This document shows positions 8,537 through 18,437 of a stretch of DNA of 64,000 bases, in pieces (the first letter of the stretch is position 1; every line of letters begins with the position of its first letter). A program made the position numbers and the translations under genes. The notes under the pieces were generated by a model. That model was given only the letters and a program-made list of their open reading frames with translations, did no database searches and had not been told where the DNA came from. The stretch comes from an uncultured Flaviramulus sp. (GTDB taxonomy: Bacteria > Bacteroidota > Bacteroidia > Flavobacteriales > Flavobacteriaceae), in NCBI GenBank assembly GCA_947501105.1, contig CANMUP010000007.1, forward strand, positions 15,003 to 79,002, read 5' to 3'.

Positions 8537-8742
8537 TTAGTTTAATAACACTTTCACATCACTTACATAATTAGTAACGGGAAAAGATCCATTTGTTATA
8601 ATATACTGCATTTCCATTTTACCATCATCAGCAAAATTTAATATTTCATTAATTTTTGCACCATTTGGCATGACACAGGTTCTGGTTGCTCCCTTGCCCT
8701 CTCTAGAAGTTGTAGAGCTTGCATTGGTGAATAATTTTCTAC
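8537..8742 (-). pseudogene. SRPBCC / polyketide cyclase (MxaD-like) fragment with frameshift
   Basis: Manual translation: VENYSP-[2 nt]-ASSTTSREGKGATRTCVMPNGAKINEILNFADDGKMEMQYIITNGSFPVTNYVSDVKVLLN*. Truncated at both ends; absent from the ORF track. Confidence 0.6.
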
Positions 8743-8777
8743 TTATCTAAATGAAGGCATACATGTCCAATACTAGT

Positions 8778-9194
8778 TTAATTATTTGAAAAAACAGATT
8801 CCGATTCTTTAAAACTTTTAAACTCCAACATATAGTCATTTGGGTCTTTTACAAAGAATGACAAATGTTCTCCTGATTTGTTTTTCAAAAAAGTAGCTTC
8901 TGTTACTATTTCTATATTCAGTTTATTAAGTTTAGAATACATAGTACCCCAGGTATCTACATTTAATATTATTCCATAATGAAAGGAAGGTAAAGTTTTC
9001 CCCTCGAATACATAATTAGGGCTATTAAAATTAAATTTACCTGCTTGGGTAAAAGTTATTTGATGTCCAAATAAATTAATATCTACCCAATTATTAGAAT
9101 ACCTTCCTAAAGAAGCTCCTACTGTATCTACATAAAACATTTTGGTTTCTACCAAGTTTATACAAGGTAATGAAAGATGAAATAAATTGTCCAT
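8778..9194 (-). CDS. VOC/glyoxalase family protein
   Basis: FHLSLPC..L.ETK.FY…LGA..GR…WVD.NLFGHQ; PSFHYG; F.KDP…LEFK. Confidence 0.85.
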   Translation of the reverse strand: MDNLFHLSLPCINLVETKMFYVDTVGASLGRYSNNWVDINLFGHQITFTQAGKFNFNSPNYVFEGKTLPSFHYGIILNVDTWGTMYSKLNKLNIEIVTEATFLKNKSGEHLSFFVKDPNDYMLEFKSFKESESVFSNN

Positions 9195-9195
9195 A

Positions 9196-9447
9196 TTAAT
9201 TTGAGTTAATTAGTTCTAAATATTCTATCCTATAAATAATAAGGTCATCTTCATCATCAACAATACTTTCAGAATATGCTAAATGAAATACTTTATTTAT
9301 CAAACTTTTATCATTCTTTAAATCAAACCTCATTAATATTTGAGGGTGTATTTCTTCAAAAACCATATCTACATCATTATCTATAGTAAATGTGTAAAAT
9401 CCATTTTTATGAGATTTAAATACTACTGTTTCGTATCTCGGCTTCAT
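9196..9447 (-). CDS. Hypothetical protein (83 aa)
   Basis: Clean ORF in operon context (1-19 nt gaps). Confidence 0.6.
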   Translation of the reverse strand: MKPRYETVVFKSHKNGFYTFTIDNDVDMVFEEIHPQILMRFDLKNDKSLINKVFHLAYSESIVDDEDDLIIYRIEYLELINSN

Positions 9448-9466
9448 AACAAGTCATTTTATAATT

Positions 9467-9874
9467 TTAATCAATACTATTAAATAAACGTTCTATTGTA
9501 TTTTTATCAGAAGGGTTGATGAACTTTAAAGCTTTTGTCCATTTAACCCATTTCAATGATTTAAACTTATTAGGCTCTCTATTTTCAAACTTTTGTCCAT
9601 TGGTTACAAGTAAAAAATAATGCCTTGTTAAAGCTCTTTTTTCACTATCAATTACTGTATTTGAAGCATAATACTTAAAATTCTTTTTAATTAAACGCAC
9701 TCCTGTTTCTTCATAAACTTCTCTAATAAGTCCTTCTTCTGGAGATTCGCCTTTTTTGAGAAAACCACCTGCAAGTACAAACCTTTTCTTATCCTCCTTT
9801 TTTTGAAGAACTAAAATTGAAGCGTCTTCTACTATTAATAGTTTAGACTTATATTTATGGTTTTTAATTTTCAT
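9467..9874 (-). CDS. NUDIX hydrolase
   Basis: Nudix box GGFLKKGESPEEGLIREVYEETG. Confidence 0.9.
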   Translation of the reverse strand: MKIKNHKYKSKLLIVEDASILVLQKKEDKKRFVLAGGFLKKGESPEEGLIREVYEETGVRLIKKNFKYYASNTVIDSEKRALTRHYFLLVTNGQKFENREPNKFKSLKWVKWTKALKFINPSDKNTIERLFNSID

Positions 9875-9877
9875 AAA

Positions 9878-10153
9878 TCATTCTAAATCGTCTTCGTTTA
9901 AAGCATCAATATTTACATTATCATTAGTAGAATCATCATCTTCATGTTCTTCCATAGCTTGAACTAATCGTTTTCCAACTTTTACTAAATAGACTGTATC
10001 TTCAGTTCTTACTTCAACGGCTTCAATGTATTCATTTTGTGCATTTCTGAATGCAATTATATCCTTATCAGAATATCCATCAGGGAATTTTTCTACCAGA
10101 AGATTTAAAATGTCTTCATTCAACTTTTGATAATCTACAATTTTACGTATCAT
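9878..10153 (-). CDS. Small conserved Bacteroidota hypothetical protein with acidic tail
   Basis: IVDY.KL..DIL.LLVEKFPDGY…EAVEVRTEDT.YLVK; D/E-rich C-terminus. Confidence 0.7.
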   Translation of the reverse strand: MIRKIVDYQKLNEDILNLLVEKFPDGYSDKDIIAFRNAQNEYIEAVEVRTEDTVYLVKVGKRLVQAMEEHEDDDSTNDNVNIDALNEDDLE

Positions 10154-10164
10154 TTTATTTTGTG

Positions 10165-11139
10165 TTACATGCCTAACAAATAGGCAAAGATTAACGGAGC
10201 AACAATCGTAGCATCACTCTCTATTATAAATTTTGGTGTATTAATATCTAATTTTCCCCAAGTTATTTTTTCATTAGGAACAGCTCCTGAATATGAACCA
10301 TAACTTGTTGTGGAATCACTTATTTGACAGAAATAACTCCAAAAGGGTGTGTCTGTACGCTCCATATCCTGATATAACATCGGAACAACACATATTGGAA
10401 AATCTCCTGCTATTCCTCCGCCAATTTGAAAGAAACCAATACCATTTTCAGAGTTATCTGTGTACCAATCTGCAAGAAAGGTCATATACTCGATTCCAGA
10501 TTTCATCGTACTGGCTTTAAGCTCTCCTTTAAGGACATAACTTGCAAAGATATTCCCCATAGTACTATCTTCCCAACCCGGGCAAATAATGGGTAAATTC
10601 TTTTCTGCTGCTGCGTACATCCAAGAATCTTTTAAATCAATTTCATAATGAGCTTCCAATACTCCGGATAAAAGCAACTTATACATATATTCATGCGGCA
10701 AGTAACGTTCGCCTTTATCATTAGCTTCTTTCCAGATGGCATAAATGTGTATTTGCAATCTTCTAAAAGCTTCTTCTTCTGGAATGCATGTATCTGTAAC
10801 GCGATTAAGGCCTTGTTCTAATAAATCCCATTCTTCTTCCGGGGTTAAGTCTCTATAATCAGGAATACGTTTATAATGAGAATGTGCCACTAAGTTCATA
10901 ATATCTTCCTCTAAATTTGCTCCTGTACAAGAAATAATTTGCACCTTATCTTGTCGTATCATTTCAGCAAAAATCTTTCCTATTTCTGCTGTACTCATTG
11001 CACCTGCCAAAGACACTAACATCTTTGAGCCTCTATTTAATTGCTCTTCATATGATTTTGCTGCATCAACTACAGTAGCAGCATTGAAATGCAAATAATA
11101 TGTTTCTATAAAGTTTGAAATTGCGCCTTTAGTAGTCAT
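10165..11139 (-). CDS. Deoxyhypusine synthase-like protein (probable homospermidine-pathway enzyme)
   Basis: LAGAMSTAE, TGANLEED, IGGG, SYSGA.PNEKITWGK (catalytic Lys position), SDATIVAPL. Confidence 0.9.
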   Translation of the reverse strand: MTTKGAISNFIETYYLHFNAATVVDAAKSYEEQLNRGSKMLVSLAGAMSTAEIGKIFAEMIRQDKVQIISCTGANLEEDIMNLVAHSHYKRIPDYRDLTPEEEWDLLEQGLNRVTDTCIPEEEAFRRLQIHIYAIWKEANDKGERYLPHEYMYKLLLSGVLEAHYEIDLKDSWMYAAAEKNLPIICPGWEDSTMGNIFASYVLKGELKASTMKSGIEYMTFLADWYTDNSENGIGFFQIGGGIAGDFPICVVPMLYQDMERTDTPFWSYFCQISDSTTSYGSYSGAVPNEKITWGKLDINTPKFIIESDATIVAPLIFAYLLGM

Positions 11140-12067
11140 CTTTCTCCTTGTATTTTGATAAATTATTAGTTAGTGGTTTATTATTATAAGCATTGTCATA
11201 ATCGTCTTCTGTTATATCCTTTTGGAACTTATAACTTAACATTTTGTAATACAATTTAGCCGCAAGAAAATCTGAAGATTTATCTATTTCATTAGGACAT
11301 AATTCAACAATATCAAAGCCAACAACATTTTTTTCTGCAAATACTTGCTTTAAAAAATCTATGGTTTCATACCAAAATAATCCTCCTGGTTCTGGTGTAC
11401 CCGTGCTTGGTAATATTGAAGGGTCAAAAGCATCTAAATCAAATGTTATAAACACATTCTCTGTCATCTGGTCAATAGCAGAATCCATCCAAGAATCATC
11501 TATTGCCATATCGTGAGCAAAATAAGTTTTATCTAAATTCATAATAGATTTCTCTTTTATGTCCAAAGAACGAATACCCACTTGAATTAAATTGGTATTT
11601 TGACTGGCTTCATAAACGGCACAAGCATGATTACAAGAACTACCATTATAACGTTGTCGTAAATCAGCATGGGCATCTATATGTAATACTGTTAAGCTTG
11701 GAAACATCTCATTAAATGCTCTAATAGTACCAATCGATATAGAATGTTCTCCTCCAAAAATAGTTACAAACTTATTTTTCTTGATGTATTTTTTTGTGAC
11801 ATCATGTACTGCATCCACCATATTTTCTGGAGAGGTATTTTCAGTAACTGCATCCGTTAAGTAAACACCTTGTTTATAAACTTCTGAATCTGTCTCAATA
11901 TCGTAGAGTTCCATGTTTTCAGAAGCTTCTAAAAAAGCTTTTGGTCCTTTATCTGCTCCTTTTTGCCATGTACTTGTTCCATCATAGGGAACAGGAATTA
12001 ATACAATGTTTGCATGCTCCAATTTTGCATACTCTTCTGATATTCCAGCGTAAGTTTTGGTTTCCAT
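11129..12067 (-). CDS. speB: Agmatinase / ureohydrolase
   Basis: GGEHS, DAHAD, FDLDAFDP..PSTGTPEPGG. Confidence 0.9.
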   Translation of the reverse strand: METKTYAGISEEYAKLEHANIVLIPVPYDGTSTWQKGADKGPKAFLEASENMELYDIETDSEVYKQGVYLTDAVTENTSPENMVDAVHDVTKKYIKKNKFVTIFGGEHSISIGTIRAFNEMFPSLTVLHIDAHADLRQRYNGSSCNHACAVYEASQNTNLIQVGIRSLDIKEKSIMNLDKTYFAHDMAIDDSWMDSAIDQMTENVFITFDLDAFDPSILPSTGTPEPGGLFWYETIDFLKQVFAEKNVVGFDIVELCPNEIDKSSDFLAAKLYYKMLSYKFQKDITEDDYDNAYNNKPLTNNLSKYKEKDDY

Positions 12068-12069
12068 TT

Positions 12070-13524
12070 TTATTTGTCTGCTAATTGCAATTCAGTATTT
12101 AAATTTTGCATCGTATTAGTTTCAGGTTTTTTATCATAGCCTAAAATTTCAAGTAATTCTTCACTTTTTTGTTGTTCTCTAAATAATTGTGTTGTGATAT
12201 TTCCATGAGCATCTTTATCTATTAAAATATGCTTTGGTGCAGGGATTAAACAATGCTGTAAACCTCCATAACCACCTATTGATTCTTGATAAGCTCCAAT
12301 GTTGAAAAACCCTATGTATAATGGTTTATCTTTATGATATTTTGGTAAATAGATAGCATTCATGTGTTGTTCGCTATTATAATAATCATCACTATCACAA
12401 GTTAATCCTCCAAGAAGAACACGTTCATAAGTATCATTCCAACGATTTATTGGTAACATAATAAAGCGTTTATTAATCGCCCAAGTATCTGGAAGTGTAG
12501 TTATAAAGGAAGAGTTTATCATATTCCATTTTTCCCTATCGTTTTGTTGTTTTTGATACAACACTTCATAAATTGCTCCGCCACTCTCTCCAACAGTAAA
12601 ACTTCCAAACTCTGTAAAAATATTTGGTACATCTACGTCTTCCTCTTCACAGGTTAATTTAATTTGATTAATAATTTCATCTATGATGTATTCATAATCA
12701 AAATCAAATGCTAATGAGTTTTTAATAGGAAATCCTCCTCCAATATTTAAACTATCAAGGGTAGGACATATCTTTTTTAAACTTGTATAAACTTTAAGAC
12801 ATTTTAAAAGTTCATTCCAATAGTATGCATTATCTCTAATACCTGTGTTAATAAAGAAATGAAGCATTTTTAGCTGCACTTTCTGATTGTCTTTAATCTG
12901 CTTGTTATAGAATGGCACAATGTTTTTATAACCTATGCCTAATCTCGACGTATAAAATTCAAATTTTGGTTCTTCTTCTGAAGCTATACGAATGCCTATA
13001 TTATAGTTATCATGTATTTCATTTGAAAGCAAATCAATCTCTTCATAGTTGTCAATAATTGGAATGCAATTTTGATGACCGTTATTAATTAGCCTCGCAA
13101 TATTTGTGATGTATTGAGCACGCTTGAAACCATTACTTATAACAAACATATTGTCATTTATTTTTCCTTCTTCTTTTAAAGTTTCAATAATATCAATATC
13201 AAAAGCCGAAGAGGTTTCAATATGTATATCATTCTTCAAAGCTTCATTTAAAACATGCTTAAAATGTGAGCTTTTTGTACAATAGCAATAGTTATAGTTC
13301 CCATTATAACTATGCTTTTTAATGGCATTCTCAAACCATACCTTTGATTTATTTATATTATCGGATATTTTAGGTAAGTATGTAAATTTTAAAGGTGCTC
13401 CATAAGTTTCAACCAATTTATTTAGGTCTATATCATGAAAGCGTAAGTGGTCTTTGTCAAGAAGAAATTCTTCTTGGGGGAAATCAAAAGTTTGATTTAC
13501 TAAATCAATATATTTTGTGTTCAT
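12070..13524 (-). CDS. speA: Arginine decarboxylase (alanine-racemase fold, PLP)
   Basis: YCTKSSH (PLP Lys), HFF, NIGGG, TEFGSF, GGLTCDSDD, GAYQ; adjacent to speB. Confidence 0.85.
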   Translation of the reverse strand: MNTKYIDLVNQTFDFPQEEFLLDKDHLRFHDIDLNKLVETYGAPLKFTYLPKISDNINKSKVWFENAIKKHSYNGNYNYCYCTKSSHFKHVLNEALKNDIHIETSSAFDIDIIETLKEEGKINDNMFVISNGFKRAQYITNIARLINNGHQNCIPIIDNYEEIDLLSNEIHDNYNIGIRIASEEEPKFEFYTSRLGIGYKNIVPFYNKQIKDNQKVQLKMLHFFINTGIRDNAYYWNELLKCLKVYTSLKKICPTLDSLNIGGGFPIKNSLAFDFDYEYIIDEIINQIKLTCEEEDVDVPNIFTEFGSFTVGESGGAIYEVLYQKQQNDREKWNMINSSFITTLPDTWAINKRFIMLPINRWNDTYERVLLGGLTCDSDDYYNSEQHMNAIYLPKYHKDKPLYIGFFNIGAYQESIGGYGGLQHCLIPAPKHILIDKDAHGNITTQLFREQQKSEELLEILGYDKKPETNTMQNLNTELQLADK

Positions 13525-14371
13525 TATAAATATGATAAAAGTTATTAGAATACGAAAGCATGTAGCCCTCCTAAAAAGAATTAATAACTAAAATCAAATC
13601 ATAATTTGATATTGTATTTTGGGGACAAAACACAATTTATACTGCGTAGATATGCTTTTTATAGCGGAAGTTAGCTTTAAATTTCGGTTACTCAATCCGC
13701 AAGCTTCTTTTGAATATGACTTCCTAATTTTCAAAAGACCGAACTTATAAACATTTTTCAATTTGTTCAGCTAAAAGCTCCTATGGTTAAAGCCTTAGTA
13801 TAACAAATTAAGTACAAAAGATTGAATAATCAAAGTAGTATGAGGATTTTTAGTTGAAATTTGGATTAAGAGTTTTGATTGCACACATAGACTTGTAGGG
13901 ATCACAAATTCTCTAATTTTTGTTGGTTCTTAATATAGCCTTACAATAAAAAATGAGCCGATTAAAACCCTTAATTCGCTCAAAAGATTAAAATTTGTTG
14001 TTTTCAATTAGTTAATCGCCCTTTATTTATTACAATTGTAAATGAAGAAAATATTACCGAACTAATAAAATGAGGATGAAAATTTTGTGTCATATTTACA
14101 CCTCGAAACACGTAAACACCTATAAATGTTGAAAAGTTACATATTGTATTGGCAAATAGATCAAAGTAATTGTTTCGTTTTATACCATTTTCATTGAAAT
14201 CCTTATGAATAGGGCAGGAGTGGAATGTGGGTAGAATGGAAATTAAGACGTTTGCTACAAGGAAGTGTTAATGTTGATATTAGTTAACAGAGCTACTGAG
14301 CAAGTTCACAGAATAAAATTCCTATTCTAGAATAAGAGCATCACATTTGAGTATTGAAAAACTCAATAATA

Positions 14372-16684
14372 ATGCGATTAGTACTTTCATTACTACTTAT
14401 TTTAATATGTGTTGCACCTGTCTTCTCTCAAAAAAATCTTCTTTATAAAGGGGTTGTAAAGGATGCGAATACTCAGGAAAATATTCCTTATGCCACTGTT
14501 GTTATTTATAATAGCACAAATCTCATTGATGGTATTTCGACCAATGATGATGGTGAATTTCAATTGAAGAACAATAAAGATGCAACACATATTGAGGTAA
14601 GTTTTATTGGATACAAAACTTATATGTTGCCGATTTCCAAGATTAGTGATTCCAATGCTATTGTCATCAATTTACAACCGGACAATGAATTGGAAGAAGT
14701 CGTTATACAAGCAAAAAAAAACACCACACAACTTAAAATTGATCGTAAAACAATAAATCTTGGAGCAGATTTACAACAATCAGGAAGCACAGCTTTAGAA
14801 GCCTTTGATCAAATTCCTGAAATACAAACTGATTTAGGAACGGGAACAATTTCACTGCGTGGAAGTGGTAATGTTCGAGTATTAGTGAATGGGAAACCAT
14901 CACCATTAAATACAACAGAGCTTTTGCAGCAAATTGCTGCTTCATCAGTAGATAAAATAGAAATTATTACGTCTCCATCTGCCAAAAATCAAGCAGATGG
15001 AATCTCTGGAATCATTGATATAATTCTAAAAAAGAATGCGAATTATGGATTGAATCTCACATTAAATTCATCTGTGGGTACAAAACGCCATCAATATGGC
15101 TTTGATGCGAATTATAATCTTTCTTCTGTAAATATTCGATTGAATGCATCAAATAGCAGAAGAAGCATGGATAGTAAGCAATGGATTTATCAAGAGTATA
15201 CTAACGGAAATACACGTAATTTTTTTGCACCACATGATTTTAATGGGAAAATTAATAACATTTCATCAGGAATAGATTTTTTCTTAAATGAAAGCAACGA
15301 ATTATCCTTTCAGGTCGATTATACAGATGATTCACATAGCTTCCATAACAACACTTTTTATTCCAATGTAACCGGTCGCCCAGACTATGTGTACACAAGA
15401 AATTCATCACATATGCACAAAACGACAGTTTATAATGCCAATTACAGGAAGAAGTTTACTTCAAAGGGGCATTACTTAGAATTGGATTACAATCTAACGA
15501 ATAATGAAAATATTTTGCCTGCATCTGATATTGAAGAAGGCGTTTTTTTATTCGATGAATTACAAAACAATCGAAATGATTTACATGCATTAGCTTTTGA
15601 TTATACATTGCCAATAAAGAAAATAACACTGGAGGCTGGTTTTTCTTGGAATTATAGAAAGTTAAGAAGCTTTAGAGAATTTACACCAAATGCAAGTATT
15701 GATACTCAAGATGCTTTTGATTATAAAGAAAACTTGATTGGAATTTATGGATTAACAAGATTTAAAACAGAAAATTTCAATTGGCAAACCGGTCTTCGCT
15801 ATGAGCACTTTACATCAGACTCTAATAACACAGCAAACAATCAGGTTAGTGATCTACAATTTTCAAACCTCTTCCCATCAGTCCATGTATCCTATACCTC
15901 AAATGATAAGAATACCTTTAGTACAGGTTATAGTAGACGAATTTCACGTCCTAATTTTCGTCATATCAATCCGTTTCAAGTTGGGAATCAATATTTTCAA
16001 TGGAATTCCAATCCGAATTTACAACCAGAGTTTGCCGATAATTTTGAATTAAATTATCAATACAATGGAAAAAAATTAAATATTTCAGCATCAACTTTCT
16101 ACCGATATCGTACAGATGTCATTCAATGGGTAGAAACTATTGATGCAGATGGAGTTCGTTTTATAAATTTTGATAATGTTGGAAAAAGAAATTCTTTCGG
16201 AATAGAAAATACAATTCAATATAAAATTGCTAGCTATTGGAATTCAGAACTTTCTGCGAACTATTATTATACCAAGGCAAATCAGCCAGATATAACTTGG
16301 AATAGCTTATACAGTTCTAATATCATATTGAAAAACATTTTTAAAATAACAAAAAATATCAGTACAGACATCACCTATCGTCATACACCAAGAAACCAAA
16401 ACGTGTATAGTATTACCGAACCTAGAAACCGCATCGATTTTGCAATTAGGGCTTCGTTTTTGGATAATAGACTAACAACAAGCTTCCGAATAGTAGATGC
16501 ACTAGATGCTAATTTGCGCAGGAGTATGATAGTATTACCTGAAATAACCCAAAATGAAACTTGGAAATTCCAATCGCAAACTTTCGCATGGATGCTTAAT
16601 CTAAACTATAGAATATTTCAGAACAAAGGAAAAATTAGAAGTAGGAAATCACGAAACTATAACTACGGAGGAACTACCGATTAA
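14372..16684 (+). CDS. TonB-dependent receptor / outer-membrane beta-barrel with N-terminal CarboxypepD_reg-like domain
   Basis: Signal peptide (VFS|Q); G.VKDA.T.E.IPYATV; plug motif ISLRGS…VLVNGKP…KIEIITSPSAK..ADG..GIIDIILKK; GNPxLQPEF-like. ATG 14372 preferred. Confidence 0.85.
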   Translation: MRLVLSLLLILICVAPVFSQKNLLYKGVVKDANTQENIPYATVVIYNSTNLIDGISTNDDGEFQLKNNKDATHIEVSFIGYKTYMLPISKISDSNAIVINLQPDNELEEVVIQAKKNTTQLKIDRKTINLGADLQQSGSTALEAFDQIPEIQTDLGTGTISLRGSGNVRVLVNGKPSPLNTTELLQQIAASSVDKIEIITSPSAKNQADGISGIIDIILKKNANYGLNLTLNSSVGTKRHQYGFDANYNLSSVNIRLNASNSRRSMDSKQWIYQEYTNGNTRNFFAPHDFNGKINNISSGIDFFLNESNELSFQVDYTDDSHSFHNNTFYSNVTGRPDYVYTRNSSHMHKTTVYNANYRKKFTSKGHYLELDYNLTNNENILPASDIEEGVFLFDELQNNRNDLHALAFDYTLPIKKITLEAGFSWNYRKLRSFREFTPNASIDTQDAFDYKENLIGIYGLTRFKTENFNWQTGLRYEHFTSDSNNTANNQVSDLQFSNLFPSVHVSYTSNDKNTFSTGYSRRISRPNFRHINPFQVGNQYFQWNSNPNLQPEFADNFELNYQYNGKKLNISASTFYRYRTDVIQWVETIDADGVRFINFDNVGKRNSFGIENTIQYKIASYWNSELSANYYYTKANQPDITWNSLYSSNIILKNIFKITKNISTDITYRHTPRNQNVYSITEPRNRIDFAIRASFLDNRLTTSFRIVDALDANLRRSMIVLPEITQNETWKFQSQTFAWMLNLNYRIFQNKGKIRSRKSRNYNYGGTTD

Positions 16685-16703
16685 TCTATTTAAAACCATT
16701 ATA

Positions 16704-17396
16704 ATGAAAACAATTGTATCAAGAACTATCCTTTTTTGTTTGCTTGTATTGCTAGTAAACTGCTCAGAAACAACATTAAATAAAGAAATTATTACTGCAC
16801 AAGAGCTCTCTACATGGAGAACACTAGATAACGGAAAGTCAACAGTAGTAGGAGAGGAGCTCATTATTGAGGAAACTGAAGGAGCTGACGGCTATTTTTT
16901 AGTGAGCCCTAAAAGTTACAAAGGAGACATTATTCTAAATTATAAAGTAAAAGCTTTGTCTGATTCTGCTGTTTTAATAGCTCTTTTTTCTGCCTCAGAT
17001 GCTGGTGAGTCTCAAGGAATCACACTTCCACCAGAAGATACCAAAGGCATGGGGTTTTGGACATGGAGAACTCACTTAGAACATTATAACTTAACATTTA
17101 ATAATGTTTCTCATAACTATAAACCATTCTTTTTTAAAAATATATCGCCACGTTCTAAAGGTTTTCATCTTACAAAAGCAGAAAACATTATGGGTATCCA
17201 TGAATGGTACGATGTTGAAATCGGAAAACAAGGCAACCGTTTATGGTTTAAACTCAATGATAAAATGATTTTTGAACAAGAAGATTGCAATCCATTGTCT
17301 GGTGGACATTTGATATTTCGTATTAGTGGTACTACAGGTGAAAAAGTAATTTTTGCCAAAGCTGTTCTAAAAAATTTGATCATTTCACATGAATAA
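16704..17396 (+). CDS. Hypothetical lipoprotein, probable ConA/lectin-like beta-sandwich
   Basis: Lipobox LVNC; WYDVEIGK.G..LWFKLNDK.IF…GGHLIFR pattern. Confidence 0.55.
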   Translation: MKTIVSRTILFCLLVLLVNCSETTLNKEIITAQELSTWRTLDNGKSTVVGEELIIEETEGADGYFLVSPKSYKGDIILNYKVKALSDSAVLIALFSASDAGESQGITLPPEDTKGMGFWTWRTHLEHYNLTFNNVSHNYKPFFFKNISPRSKGFHLTKAENIMGIHEWYDVEIGKQGNRLWFKLNDKMIFEQEDCNPLSGGHLIFRISGTTGEKVIFAKAVLKNLIISHE

Positions 17397-17453
17397 AATT
17401 GTAACTTGCTAATCTTGGAAAAAAAGAAAAGTAGATATCATAAATTTTTAAAA

Positions 17454-18437
17454 ATGGAACCAATACTTCATATTTTTATATGGAGTATTGTGTTGTTTTA
17501 TCCCTATATAAAGTACTTAGGAAGGGAAGGTGGTTATATGATGACGTTTGCACACGAACTGAATTCATTGCTGTTTAAAATAACTATTTCTTATTTTTTA
17601 TATCTATGGTTTTTCCCAAAGAAGAACCTACTGAAATACATTCCTTTTGTAATTATTGCCTTTGTGCTAAATGCCGTTATCTATGAATTCTCTGATCGAG
17701 TTTTTCATAAAGAAAATGCTCATTTCTGGAAACACTTTATAGCAAACATGTTGACGTATATCAGCTTCGGAATTGTTTTCTTTGCCATATACTCAGTAAA
17801 GGATTTGTACAAGAAGCAGTTAGTGATTGATTCATTATCAAAAGAGAAAAGAGAAGCAGAGTTAAAAGCACTAAAAGCTCAAGTAGATCCGCATTTTTTG
17901 TTTAATACGCTTAATACAATCTATGCGAACGCTTTGAAGAAAGATGAGAAAACACCTGAGCTGATTCTAAAATTGTCCGATAGCTTCAGGTATTTATTAC
18001 ACGAAGGGCAAAAGGCACAAGTACTCGTTCAGCAAGAAATTCAGCATGTAAAAGATTATATTAATTTGCAACAGGAGCGTTTGTTACGTAAAGTAAAAGT
18101 TGACTTCATATCAAAAATTGATTCCGAAGAAAAGCACATTTCCCCATTGTTATTTATTGGTTTTATAGAAAATGCATTTAAATATGCGAGTATTTTAAAA
18201 GGAGAAAATCATTTGATTAAAATCAATATACAATTGCAGAATAATGAATTGATATTTCAATGCCAAAATCCATTTCTAGCAAATGCCGAAGAATCACTAG
18301 AATTGGGCTGGAAAAAAAGCGGAGTAGGAATAAAAAACACTCAAAATCGTTTACAATTGTTATACCCAGAGAAACATCAACTTGAGATTAAAAAAGAAAA
18401 TAATCTATTTAACGTACTATTGAAAATTGAATTATGA
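17454..18437 (+). CDS. LytS/YehU-family sensor histidine kinase
   Basis: N-terminal TM helices; ELKALKAQVDPHFLFNTLN; FIENAFKY; SGVGIKN..NRL.LLYP. Confidence 0.9.
   Translation: MEPILHIFIWSIVLFYPYIKYLGREGGYMMTFAHELNSLLFKITISYFLYLWFFPKKNLLKYIPFVIIAFVLNAVIYEFSDRVFHKENAHFWKHFIANMLTYISFGIVFFAIYSVKDLYKKQLVIDSLSKEKREAELKALKAQVDPHFLFNTLNTIYANALKKDEKTPELILKLSDSFRYLLHEGQKAQVLVQQEIQHVKDYINLQQERLLRKVKVDFISKIDSEEKHISPLLFIGFIENAFKYASILKGENHLIKINIQLQNNELIFQCQNPFLANAEESLELGWKKSGVGIKNTQNRLQLLYPEKHQLEIKKENNLFNVLLKIEL

Noticed and set aside
13870-14130. TTGCACACATAG (possible decayed site end) and ACACCT repeats in the speA-receptor spacer
   Set aside because: Too short and degenerate to distinguish from chance; no partner arm found.
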